Source: Somniosus microcephalus
Taxonomy: Eukaryota
DNA: 64,000 nucleotides
NCBI GenBank assembly: GCA_052327205.1
Contig: CM126225.1
Coordinates: 45,880,001 to 45,944,000, forward strand
Direction of reading: 5' to 3'
In this document: positions 1 to 9,843 of the stretch, in pieces
How positions within the stretch are numbered: the stretch's first letter is position 1
Layout: every line of letters starts with the position of its first letter
The notes under the pieces: generated by a model
Databases searched by the model: none
Seen by the model: the letters and a program-made list of their open reading frames with translations, nothing else
Told to the model about the DNA's origin: nothing
Made by a program: the position numbers and the translations under genes

Positions 1-3000
1 GGCATACTGGGGGTTGGCATGGAGGAGGTGAACCTTCTCTACCAGGGGAGCCGTTTTGTGGGACCTTACATGCTTCCTCAGCAGGACGGGCCCTGGGGAC
101 GTCAGCCAGTGTGGTAGTGAGTTACCGGATGTGGACCTCCGGGGAAAAACAAACATTCGCTCATGGGGGGTTGCGTTGGTGGCTGTACACAGCAGTGACC
201 GGATGGAGTGGAGCGCATCGGGTAGGACATCCTGCCAACGGGAGGTCGGAAGGCCCCTAGGCTTTAAGGCTAGGAGGGCCGCCTTCCAGACCGTCGCGTT
301 CTCTCTTTCAACCTGTCCGTTCCCCCGGGGGTTGTAGCTGGTGGTCCGGCTTGAGGCAATACCTCTCATGAGCAGGCACTGACGGAGTTCGTCGCTCATG
401 AAGGACGAGCCCCAGTCGCTATGAATATAGCTGGGAAAACCGAACAGAGCAAAGAGGTTGTGCAGGCATTTAATGACCGTAGCGGTGGTCATGTCCGGGC
501 AGGGGATGGCAAAAGGGAAACGGGAGTACTCATCAACTATGTTGAGGAAGTACACATTGCGGTCAGAGGAGGGGAGGGGCCCTTTAAAGTCGATACTCAG
601 GCGCTCAAAAGGGCGGGTGGCCTTGATCAGGTTTGCTCTGTCAGGCCTATAGAAGCGCGGCTTGCACTCTGCACAGACTGGGCAGCTCCTGGTCATGGTC
701 CTGACCTCCTCGATGGAGTAAGGCAGGTTGCGGCCCTTAATGAAATGGAAGAACCTGGTGACCCCCGGGTGGCAGAGGTCGTTGTGGAGGCCCCGTAGTC
801 TATCGATCTGCGCGGTGGCGCATGTGCCTCGCGATAGAGCGTCTGAGGGTTCGTTGAGTTTCCCTGGCCGGTACAAGATGTCGTAATTGTAGGTGGAAAG
901 TTCGATTCTCCACCTCAAAATCTTGTCATTTTTGATTTTACCCCTCTGCTTGTTGTTGAACATGAAAGCAACTGAACGCTGGTCAGTAAGCAGGGTAAAT
1001 CGTTTTCCAGCCAGGTAGTGCCGCCAGTGGCGCACCGCCTCCACAATGGCCTGGGCCTCTTTTTCCACAGAGGAGTGTCTGAGTTCGGAGCCCTGGAGGG
1101 TTCGTGAAAAGAAGGCCACGGGTCTTCCCGCCTGGTTAAGGGTAGCGGCCAGGGCAAAGTCGGATGCATCGCTCTCCACCTGGAAGGGGATGGACTCGTC
1201 TACCGAGTGCATGGTGGCCTTGGCAATGTCATCTTTTATACGGTGAAAGGCTAAGCGGGCCTCCGCCGCCAGGGGGAAGGAAGTGGACTTGATAAGTGGA
1301 CGGGCTTTGTCCGCATAATGAGGGACCCACTGGGCGTAATAGGAAAAGAAGCCCAGGCACCTTTTGAGGGCCTTGAGACAGTGGGGCAGGGGAAGTTCCA
1401 TCAACGGGCGCATCCGGTCAGGGTCAGGACTGATGACTCCGTGTTTCACCACGCAGCCAAGGATAGCGAGGCGGGCTGTGCGGAATATGTACTTTTCCTT
1501 GTTGTACGTGAGGTTTAGGAGTTGGGCCGTGCGGAGGAACTTATCAAGATTGGCGTCATGGTCCTGCAGGTCATGGCTGCAGATGGTCACGTTGTCCAGG
1601 TAGGGAAACGTGGCCTGTAACGCATTCTCATCGACCATCCGGTCCATCTCCCTCTGGAAGACGGAAACACCGTTGGTGACGCCAAAAGGAACCCTGAGGA
1701 AGTGAAAAAGGCGGCCGTTTGCCTCGAAAGCTGTGTACTGGCGGTCCTCAGGGCGGATAGGGATTTGGTGGTATGCTGCCTTGAGGTCAATGGTCGAGAA
1801 AACGCGGTATTGCGCTATCTTATTAACCATGTCGGCTATGCGGGGGAGGGGATATGCGTCCAACTGGGTGTACTTGTTGATAGTCTGGCTGTAGTCGATG
1901 ACTAGGCGCTGCTTGTTGCCAGTCTTAACGACTACCACCTGGGCTCGCCAGGGGCTGGTACTATCCTCAATAATCCCCTCTTTCAGGAGCCGCGTCACCT
2001 CAGATCTTATGAAGGATCTGTCCCCGGTGCTGTATCGCCTGCTCTTTGTGGCGATAGGCTTGCAGTCGCGGGTGAGGTTGGCGAACAGGGGGGGGGGTGT
2101 GATTTTGAGGGTGGAGAGACTACAGGTGGGGCGCGGCGGGCAATTTAAAAACTGCTGGTTGCAGACAGTGAGCGGGGGAAGAGGTCCACCGTATGTCAAG
2201 GTGGCACTCTTAAAGTGACAATGAAAGTCCAACCCCAGTAGAACGGCAGCGCAGAGATGTGGCAGGACGAATAGCTTTACATTTTTATATACGGAGCCCT
2301 TCACCGAGAGGGTCACTACGCAATAGCCGCCGACGTCTGCTGAGTGGGATTTCGAGGCCATGGAGATCCGATGGCGCGTTGGCCGGACCGAGAGGGAATA
2401 GCGCCGTACTGTATCAGGGTGTATGAAGCTCTCCGTGCTCCCGGAATCAAAAAGGCAAGTTGTGGCGCGGCCATTTACCTGGATGTCCATCGTGGACCTG
2501 GCTAGCTGATGGGGTCTGGATTGATCCAGCGTGATGGAGGCCGCTGTGGAGTCGGTAGCGTCGCTGTAGAACCCCGGTGAGGCGGCGGTGGGTGAGTCGG
2601 GGGCCCGTTGGCAGAATGGCGGACAAGATGGCGGCGTCGGAGAGGAAGGACAAAATGGCGGCGCCCATGACGATCCCGATCCCCACGAGGCTGGAGGGAG
2701 GCAAGATGGCCGCTCCCACGAATCGCACGCGGCGCTGCTGGAGGTAGGGGTCTTCTGACTTCTGCAGACGCCAGCGTAGTGTCCCTTCTTACCGCAGGCA
2801 GAGCAGACCGCGTTTTTCGCCGGGCAGCGCGCCCTGGGGTGTTTGGTTTGGCCACAGAAATAACATTTCTGGCTCGGGCGGGACATCGCTGCAGCAGTTG
2901 AGGCCAGGGCCCGTGGCGGCGCCGCGTCCCAAGGTGGCGGCGGCTGTGGCATCCATGAGGCGGCCGCGCGGTCCGGGGAGTAGGCCTCCATGTTCCGGTG

Positions 3001-3513
3001 GGCTACGTCCAACGAGAGGGTGAGTGAAATCGCCTTCTTCAGGTCGAGCTCGCTACTTTCCAGCAGTCGCTGCCGTGTGTGAGTGGACCTGAGGCCCGCC
3101 ACGAGGGCGTCCCGGATGAGCTCCTCCGTATGTTCCGTGGCTGTTACTTGCTTGCATTCGCAGGCTCGGCCGAGTTCCTTCAGCGCCCGTATGTATGCTT
3201 CTGTGGGTTCCCCGGGCTGTTGTTTGCGAGACCCCAGGAGATGTCTTGCGTAAACATAGTTGACCGGGCGTGCGTATTGCTCCTTCAAGATGTCGATAGC
3301 CCCCTGGTAGCTCGTAGCGTCCCGGATAAGGGCAAAAGCTCGGTGGTTTACTTTAGAGTTCAGCACCCTGAGCTTGTCGGCATCGGCGGCGACGGTCTCG
3401 CCGGATGCAGTCAGAAAGGACTCAAAACAGTGCAGCCAGTGCGAGAACTTAGCAGTCGAGTCCGGTTCTTGCGGGTCGAGTTCCAGGCACTTGATCTTAA
3501 GAATCTGCAGCAT
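1..3513 (-). CDS. Gag-Pol polyprotein, single frame, truncated by the window edge
   Basis: ATG at 3513 (MLQILKIKCLELDPQ). Checked in the same frame: protease CLFDSGS ~2450, RT YLDN 1602-1591, integrase HPGVT ~770. Also read: CYFCGQTKHPRARC knuckle ~2860, RNase H DASD ~1165, integrase DFKGP/SDWG/ERE. The ORF track lists no stop-terminated ORF in this frame, consistent with it running off the edge. Confidence 0.88.
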   Translation of the reverse strand, partial: MLQILKIKCLELDPQEPDSTAKFSHWLHCFESFLTASGETVAADADKLRVLNSKVNHRAFALIRDATSYQGAIDILKEQYARPVNYVYARHLLGSRKQQPGEPTEAYIRALKELGRACECKQVTATEHTEELIRDALVAGLRSTHTRQRLLESSELDLKKAISLTLSLDVAHRNMEAYSPDRAAASWMPQPPPPWDAAPPRALASTAAAMSRPSQKCYFCGQTKHPRARCPAKNAVCSACGKKGHYAGVCRSQKTPTSSSAACDSWERPSCLPPASWGSGSSWAPPFCPSSPTPPSCPPFCQRAPDSPTAASPGFYSDATDSTAASITLDQSRPHQLARSTMDIQVNGRATTCLFDSGSTESFIHPDTVRRYSLSVRPTRHRISMASKSHSADVGGYCVVTLSVKGSVYKNVKLFVLPHLCAAVLLGLDFHCHFKSATLTYGGPLPPLTVCNQQFLNCPPRPTCSLSTLKITPPPLFANLTRDCKPIATKSRRYSTGDRSFIRSEVTRLLKEGIIEDSTSPWRAQVVVVKTGNKQRLVIDYSQTINKYTQLDAYPLPRIADMVNKIAQYRVFSTIDLKAAYHQIPIRPEDRQYTAFEANGRLFHFLRVPFGVTNGVSVFQREMDRMVDENALQATFPYLDNVTICSHDLQDHDANLDKFLRTAQLLNLTYNKEKYIFRTARLAILGCVVKHGVISPDPDRMRPLMELPLPHCLKALKRCLGFFSYYAQWVPHYADKARPLIKSTSFPLAAEARLAFHRIKDDIAKATMHSVDESIPFQVESDASDFALAATLNQAGRPVAFFSRTLQGSELRHSSVEKEAQAIVEAVRHWRHYLAGKRFTLLTDQRSVAFMFNNKQRGKIKNDKILRWRIELSTYNYDILYRPGKLNEPSDALSRGTCATAQIDRLRGLHNDLCHPGVTRFFHFIKGRNLPYSIEEVRTMTRSCPVCAECKPRFYRPDRANLIKATRPFERLSIDFKGPLPSSDRNVYFLNIVDEYSRFPFAIPCPDMTTATVIKCLHNLFALFGFPSYIHSDWGSSFMSDELRQCLLMRGIASSRTTSYNPRGNGQVERENATVWKAALLALKPRGLPTSRWQDVLPDALHSIRSLLCTATNATPHERMFVFPRRSTSGNSLPHWLTSPGPVLLRKHVRSHKTAPLVEKVHLLHANPQYA

Positions 3514-3542
3514 CGTTTTTTTTTTTCAGTAGTTAATAAAAT

Positions 3543-3801
3543 TGATGCGCTATCAATTCTAATAAAAGGCTGGGCAGAGTTCAGAACGACAGGCTTTTAT
3601 TAACTACTGAATTGCATTTCAGACAGATCAGGACTATGCCTCTAGTGGACGACCGAATGCCAGGAGCTGCCATGCGGCCGCTCTTATACTCGGTAGCCCA
3701 GGGGCGGAGTCAGCTGAGGCATAGTCAGGCACAACAGTGAAACAAGAGTGAACGACAACAACAACAACAACAACAACAGTGAACTACAGTGGTTTACCAC
3801 A
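3543..3801 (-). repeat. 5' LTR (259 bp)
   Basis: Begins TGTGGTAAACC and ends GCGCATCA; TATAAG at 3688-3683; AATAAA at 3601-3596; internal (GTT)n tract. Confidence 0.85.
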
Positions 3802-3809
3802 TTGGGGCC

Positions 3810-4190
3810 TTAGTAGTCCGAGTGGCCTGGTGGGGTGATTGACCACTTGGTGTGGTACCAAGCCATGCAGAGCTGAAGGCCCCAGGGTTGATCGCTGGTC
3901 TGTGCGGACTTAGCTGTTCTCAGCTGGGGCATTAACCGGCTCCAGCAACTGACCTCAGTACTCCTGAGCGAGGGAGCTCCTGTTCCTGATTGTTAGCCAG
4001 TGACTCTCATTGGGAAAGTGAGCACGTGTGAACACTGAATGAGGACAGGATTGGAATTGTGGCGAGCCACAGCTAAATACCACTCAATATCTAGGCTCAC
4101 ACATGGAGAAAGAGCCCTCAGGTCGGGTATCAGGGCCCGTGGAGCTATACCCCATGATTGAGTCGGCACTTTCAGGTAAGGAGGGGAGAA
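3810..4190 (+). mobile_element. Old interspersed SINE-like repeat; related pieces near 6760-6960, 8640-8760, 21670-21820, 40800-41090, 56230-56370
   Basis: Shared motifs such as cccaggttcga-tc-ggtctgtgc and gctcctgctcctgat recur between copies. Confidence 0.45.
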
Positions 4191-4229
4191 GTTTGGCAAA
4201 ACTATTAGCTGTAGTTTTCACTGCTTTGC

Positions 4230-4560
4230 TAGTTACATGGTTACCGGTCGTTCTGGTATGTTCTCAAATTAGAAAGACAGGCCCCTCGGAATTCCCGTTT
4301 CATTGAATAACCTGATATGCACTGTGTCGCTGATTTAACAAGCTGAGGCGGCTGTAGGATTTGGAGTGTCAGCCTTACACCAATTATTCCCTGCCAGTGT
4401 CAGTGAACGAGAGCACTGTGCTCATCTTATAACCCACCGGGACCTTTCACAGCCCCAGCAGAGCGGCCATGGATATCAGCCAGTCAGCGATGTCACAGGT
4501 CATTTCTCAACTCGTGGCTGCTTTGACCATCACCAAGTCCATCAGAAAAATGAGAGCAGG
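4230..4560 (+). pseudogene. Degraded PIF/Harbinger transposase fragment
   Basis: YSLPVSV...TGTFHSPSRAAMDISQSAMSQVISQLVAAL resembles the HARBI1-family HTH segment (SGSFQ...GISQASMSRCVANVTEAL); frame is broken. Confidence 0.5.
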
Positions 4561-4599
4561 TGCAGCTTGGAGCACTTTTCTTTTAAATAGTTTGGTTGT

Positions 4600-4870
4600 C
4601 AACTGCAATGATTTGCATTTATATAGTGCCTTTAACATAGTTAATATGGCTCTTCGCAGAGGTGTAAACAATCAAAAATGAAGAGTGAGCCAAAGAGATA
4701 TTTGTGAGGCAATGAGGCTTGGTCACAGAGGCAGGATTTAAGAAGGGTCTTGAAGGAGGAGTGGGAGATGAGGAGGCAGAGGGGGGGAATGCTAGAATGT
4801 GGGGCCTAGATGGCAGAAGGTATGGCCACCACTGGTGGGGGCGAAGAGAGATGGTGATGCACAGGAGGTG
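4600..4870 (-). mobile_element. L2 LINE 3' fragment
   Basis: Reverse of the L2-type tail ggcactatataaatgcaa; similar to 12840-13120. Confidence 0.7.
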
Positions 4871-5433
4871 AGATGTTAACGTTGGTGACTTTTTATTTTA
4901 AGGTGCCCATTGTCAGGCTCGAACACTCCCAGGTCAGGTTTCTGATGCTTGGACGCAAAACTCCCTCTACTCTGCCCCAGAACTGGACCTCAGCCCCAAT
5001 CTTCGAGGAGCATCCCCTCCTACACCAGTGCGGCATTATTCAATTCCCCCTCCACCCATCGTCTAGCCTTTCTGCCAAGTTAGTGCCGAGCCAGAGCCAG
5101 AGCCAGTTTTGTGCCCAGTACAGACTGGATTGGGACTGGCCACAACCCTCCTGCCAGAATTTTGGGCAGGGCACAGAAAGGGACAGGGACCCAGACAAAG
5201 CTGGTCCCACGCAAAATTGCACCCCACCTTTTTTCAGAAACCCTACATCAAACAGACAGAGAAAACCTTCATCTCATCAGACGGAGCCAGATTTGAAGCC
5301 AGGTTCCAGAGGTCAAACCACCTGGTTCCCAAGCCGGTCTTTGCTCCTGAAGGGGTTGTCCTGCAGTACAGTAAAATGCATTCTGTACGTCTGCTGGTGC
5401 GTCATTCCAGGTGTGCACAACAGTCGGCAGGTA

Positions 5434-6698
5434 AACATAAGAACATAAGAAGATAAGAATTAGGAGCAGGAGTAGCCCTCCTAGCCTGCTCCACCATTCA
5501 ATAAGATCATGGCTGATCTTCAACCTCAACTCCACTTTCCCGCCCAATCCCCGTATCCCTTGATTCCCCTACAGTCCAAAAATCTATCAATCTCAGCCTT
5601 GAATATACTCAACGACTCAACATCCACAGCCCTTTCAGGTAGAGAATTCCAAAGATTCACAATCCTCTGAGTGAAGAAATTCCTCCTCATCTCAGTCTTA
5701 AATGGCCGACCCCTTATCCTGAGACTATGCCCCCTAGTTCTAGACTCTCCAGCCAGGGGAAACAACCTCTCAGCATTTACCCTGTCAATCCCCCTCAGAA
5801 TCTTATATGATTCAATGAGATCAGCTCTCATTCTTCTAAACTCCAGAGTATAGGCCCAATCTACTCAATCTCTCCTCAAAAGACAACCCTCTCATCCCTG
5901 GGATTGATCTAGTGAACCTTCATTGCACCGTCTCTAAGGCATGTATGTCCTTTCTCAGATAAGGAGACTAAAACTGTGCACAGTACTCCAGGTGTGGTCG
6001 CACCAAAGCCCTATACAATTGTAGTGACTTCCTTACTCTTGTACTCCAATCCCCTTGCAATAAAGACCAACATGCCATTTGCTTTCCCAATTGATGGCTG
6101 TACCTGTACGCTAACTTTCTGTATTTCCTGTACGAGGACACCTAAATCTTTCTGAACACCAACATTTAATCGTTTCTCACCATTAAAAAAATATTTTTTC
6201 TATTCTTCCTACCAAAGTGAATAACCTCACATTTTCTTACATTATACTCCATTTGCCATCTTATTGCCCACTCGTTTAACCTGTCTATATTCCTTTGCAG
6301 GCTCTTTGTGTCCTCCTCACAGCTTACTTTCCCACCTAGCTTTGTATCATCAGCAAACTTGGATACATTGCACTCGGTCCCTTCATCTAAGTCATTAATA
6401 TAGATTGTAAATAGCTGAGGCCCAAGCACTGATCCTTGCAACACCCCACTAGTTACAGCCTGCCATCTGGAAAATGACCCGTTTATCCCTACTCTCTGTT
6501 TTCTGTCCGTTAGCCAATCCTCTATCCATGCTAATATATTACCCCCAACCCCATGAGTTATGTGGCACCTTATCGAATGCCTTTTGGAAATCCAAATGTA
6601 CTACATCCACTGGTTCCCCTTTATCTACCCTGCTAGTTACATCCTCAAAAAACTCTAATAAATTTGTCAAATATGATTTCCCTCTCATAAAACCATTC
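5434..6698 (-). mobile_element. CR1 LINE, 5'-truncated (RT C-terminal half and 3' tail)
   Basis: QGSVLGP, FADDTKL, RRNFFTQRIVNLWNSLP; (ttcttatg)n terminal repeat. Confidence 0.95.
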
Positions 6699-7000
6699 TT
6701 CCTGCGTGAACTGAGACATTGAACATTGACAGCCTATTTTTGACCATTGGGGTGGGGCAAAAGCATCACAGCTGAGCTTAGTCTTGCCCACCCTTGATGT
6801 CTACACATACATACTAACGGTAGGGGTCACTGGATGGTGATAAGGAGCAGGAAGCCTAGCTGGTTTTTTTCCATTTCCAAGTCCAGGGAAACCCAAGGTC
6901 AAAGCTGCTTTTACACTGCAGCCTGGGTCTTGGGGACGGGAACCTAACTGTGCCAACACTCCCACATGTACCAGTAGATAAGGCAACTGTGTGCTTGGCC

Positions 7001-7515
7001 CAGCCTCTGAGTCAGAAAGTCGTGGGTTCAAATCCCACTTCAGGATTTGAGCACTTAATCTAAGCTGCCACTTCAGTGCACTGCTGAGGGAGTGCCACAT
7101 CGTCGGAGGTGCCGTATTTTGGATGAGATGTTAAACCGAGGCACCATCGGCCCTCTCTTGCACTATTCGAAAAAGAGTAGGGAAGTTCTCTTCGGGTGGA
7201 TGTAAGTGATTCCGTGGTACTTTTTTGAAGAACTTCAGGAGTTCTTGGTGTGCTGGCCAGCATTCATCTCCTCAAGCAACATCGCTAAAACAGATTAAAC
7301 GGTCATATGACTTATTGCTGTTTGTGGGATCTTGCTGTACACAAATTGGGTGCCACATTTGCCTACATCACTGCACTGCCAAGATAATCCATTGGCTGTG
7401 AAGGTGCTATGGGACATCCCTGAGGACATGAAAGATAATCCATTGGCTGTGAAGGTGCTATGGGACATCCCTGAGGACATGAAAGATAATCCATTGGCTG
7501 TGAAGGTGCTATGGG
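7001..7515 (+). mobile_element. SacSINE1/DeuSINE-type tRNA-derived SINE with duplicated tail
   Basis: B-box ggttcaaatccc; Deu-like core gtcggaggtgccgt; same family as 9844-10300. Confidence 0.8.
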
Positions 7516-7518
7516 ACA
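7381..7518. repeat. 51-bp tandem repeat, about 2.7 copies
   Basis: Identical units start at 7381, 7432 and 7483. Confidence 0.95.
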
Positions 7519-7886
7519 TAGAAACATAGAAGATAGGAGCAGGAGTAGGCCATTCGGCCCCTTGAGCCTGCTCCGCCATTCAATGCGATCATGGCTGATC
7601 ATCCAAATTCAGTACCCTGTCCCTGCTTTCTCCCCATATCCCTTGATCCCTTTAGCCTTAAGAAATATATCCAACTCCTTCTTGAATATATTTAATGAAT
7701 TGGCCTCTACTGCCTTCTGTGGTAGAGAATTCCACAGGTTCACCACTCTCTGGGTGAAGAAATTCTTCCTCATCTCTGTCCTAAATGGTTTACTTCTTAT
7801 CCTTAGACTGTGACCCCTGGTTCTGGACTCCCCGACCATCGGGAACATCCTTCCTGCATCTAGTCTGTCTAGTCCTGTTAGAATTA
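7516..7886 (-). mobile_element. CR1 LINE 3' fragment
   Basis: GESRTRGHSLRIR..FFTQRVVNLWNSLP; catagaaacataga tail. Confidence 0.95.
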
Positions 7887-8271
7887 ACATCCCTGAGGGC
7901 ATGAAAGGCACGAAAGAAATGGAAGTATTTTATTTTGAGTTGGTCTTGCTGTAGACTGGAGGGACTGTGGGGCTTGTTATTTTATGTGTGCCCAGACTAG
8001 CCATGGCAGTTTGGCCAGTGTGAAGTGCTGACAGCGTGACATTGCGTCATGGTGTAAATGATGAAGCAACCGATGGTGTGCATGGACTGGCGCCAGGTGC
8101 TGTGTCTTGATGCTACAGCCAGTAAATGCACTGCCATTGCCGGAACGACACGTTTACTGGCCCCAGGATCAGGGAATCAGTCAGCTAGGTCCAAGTCTAC
8201 CTTTGTGCTACCACTGGTTTCATGAGAATCGCCCAATGGGAGGTGACAGCTGAAGACCAGTGTAGATAGAA

Positions 8272-8622
8272 ACAAAGAACTTGCATTTATATAGCACCTT
8301 TCACAACCTCAGGATGTCCTAAAGTGCTTTACAATCAATGAAGTATTTTTGAAGTGCAGTCACTGTTGTAATGTAGCGATGTTGGTTGAGGGATAAATAT
8401 TGGCCAAGACCCTTCTTCCAACAGTGTCATGGGATCTTCTACGTCCACCTGAGAGGGCAGATGGGGCCTGGGTTTAATGTCTCATCTGAAAGACGGCACC
8501 TCCGACAGCACTCCCTCAGTACTGCACAGTGCCAGCCTAGATTATGTGCTCTGGAGTGGGGCTTGAACCCACAACCTTCTGACTCAGAGATGAGAGTGCG
8601 ACCCACTGAGCCATGGCTGACA
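8272..8622 (-). mobile_element. SacSINE1-type SINE
   Basis: Reverse complement of the 9844-10300 family. Confidence 0.85.
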
Positions 8623-9007
8623 CCTAAAAAGCAGCTCAACTGTCCACCTCCATCACTGCCCTGACTAAAATTAGCTAACACAGCACTAACCAGGGATGGA
8701 GCCTGAAACCTTCCTAGTCTGTACGGGTCAGTACCGCATCAGATTGAGTATGTACCCACTGACTTTATTCTTTGTAACTAATCTCATTCTGCCTCTGGCA
8801 GGGGAGAGAGGTTCAGATGTGAATCCACAGCTTGTGATTCTAGTGTCAAATCCTCGAATCTGTGTGCAGGAGACGCACAAATAGAGCTCACATAAGTGTG
8901 AGAGAATTCACAATAGTACTTCAAAAAGGAGATTGAAATGTTTAGATTTCAGCCTTAGCAAGAGCTGTGAATATTCTTTTGCCCATTGCAGCCTTAAAGT
9001 ATTGAGA

Positions 9008-9372
9008 AAGTTAGGTGATGGGTAAAGTTAGGGAAGGGTAAAGTTAGGGAGGGGTAAAGTTAGGTGAGGGGTAATGTTAGGTGAGGGTTAAAGTTAGGTG
9101 AGGGGTAACATTAAGTGAGGAGTTACGTTAGGTGAGAGGTAACGTTAAGTGAGGGGTGACGTTAGGTGAGGGGTTACGTTAGGTGAGGGGTTACGTTAGG
9201 TGAGGGGTAACGTTAAGTGAGGGGTGACGTTAGGCGAGGGGTAACGTTAAGTGAGGGGTGACGTTAGGTGAGGGGTTACGTTAGGTGAGGGTGATGTTAG
9301 GTGAGGGGTAACGTTAAGTGAGGGGTGACATTAGGTGAGGGGTAACGTTAAGTGAGGGGTAACGTTAGGTGA
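9008..9372. repeat. G-rich 17-bp minisatellite, about 21 copies
   Basis: Unit t(a/t/g)acgtta(g/a)gtgagggg. Confidence 0.95.
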
Positions 9373-9442
9373 CAATTGGTGCAGGAAACCATAAAGATGA
9401 AAGAAGTAGGAAAGAAAATGAGTTAACTCCGGAAAAAGTTGA

Positions 9443-9559
9443 GGGTAGTTTTAACCTAACCTCGGCACTGTGGAAAGTAAAATCGGCCAGTGTGTAAAAT
9501 GGGCGGCCGATCTGATTGCATCACTTTCCCACTGGGCGCGTTAAGTTAAAATTATCCCC
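9443..9559. mobile_element. Small palindromic MITE-like element
   Basis: Imperfect TIRs gggtagttttaacctaac / gttaagttaaaattatccc. Confidence 0.55.
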
Positions 9560-9810
9560 ACTGGTGGCTTTAAAAGCTTGAAGGTGATACGAAGAAGGAA
9601 GGACTGAGGGGGATAAAGAACTCCGCAGTTCTGAGATAGCAGGAGAGAATGAGCTAGCATGGTGTGTCTTGATCTCAACGCAGTGAAGCTACACGGAGGT
9701 GGCAGAATGTGTAGGATTGTGTGGTGCAATGAAACCCTACGTGGTACGATGAGATAGAGGACAAGAGTGGTGGATGGTTCAGCTGAACAACCAAGTCTAT
9801 GCACAGAAAT
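9560..9810 (-). mobile_element. Old LINE 3' fragment
   Basis: Frameshifted residues resembling a LINE ORF2 C-terminus (LWSSLSPSVLPSSYHLQAFK). Confidence 0.5.
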
Positions 9811-9843
9811 TAAATACTACCACCAGCCAGGGTATTTGTTGTT

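Larger units (their letters stand above)
1..3801 (-). mobile_element. Gypsy/Ty3 LTR retrotransposon (Mag-like), 5' LTR plus gag-pol; continues past the left edge
   Basis: LTR TG...CA at 3801-3543; domain order gag-PR-RT-RH-IN; two tandem CCHC knuckles. Confidence 0.95.

Noticed and set aside
56-3603. Plus-strand and alternative-frame ORFs over the Gypsy element
   Set aside because: Shadow frames of the GC-rich gag-pol; no recognisable domains.
4873-5448. 191-aa ORF as a single-exon gene
   Set aside because: Runs through repeat-derived sequence into a CR1 tail; no recognisable homology.
9008-9372. Interstitial telomere
   Set aside because: The period is 17 bp and TTAGGG is not tandemly repeated.
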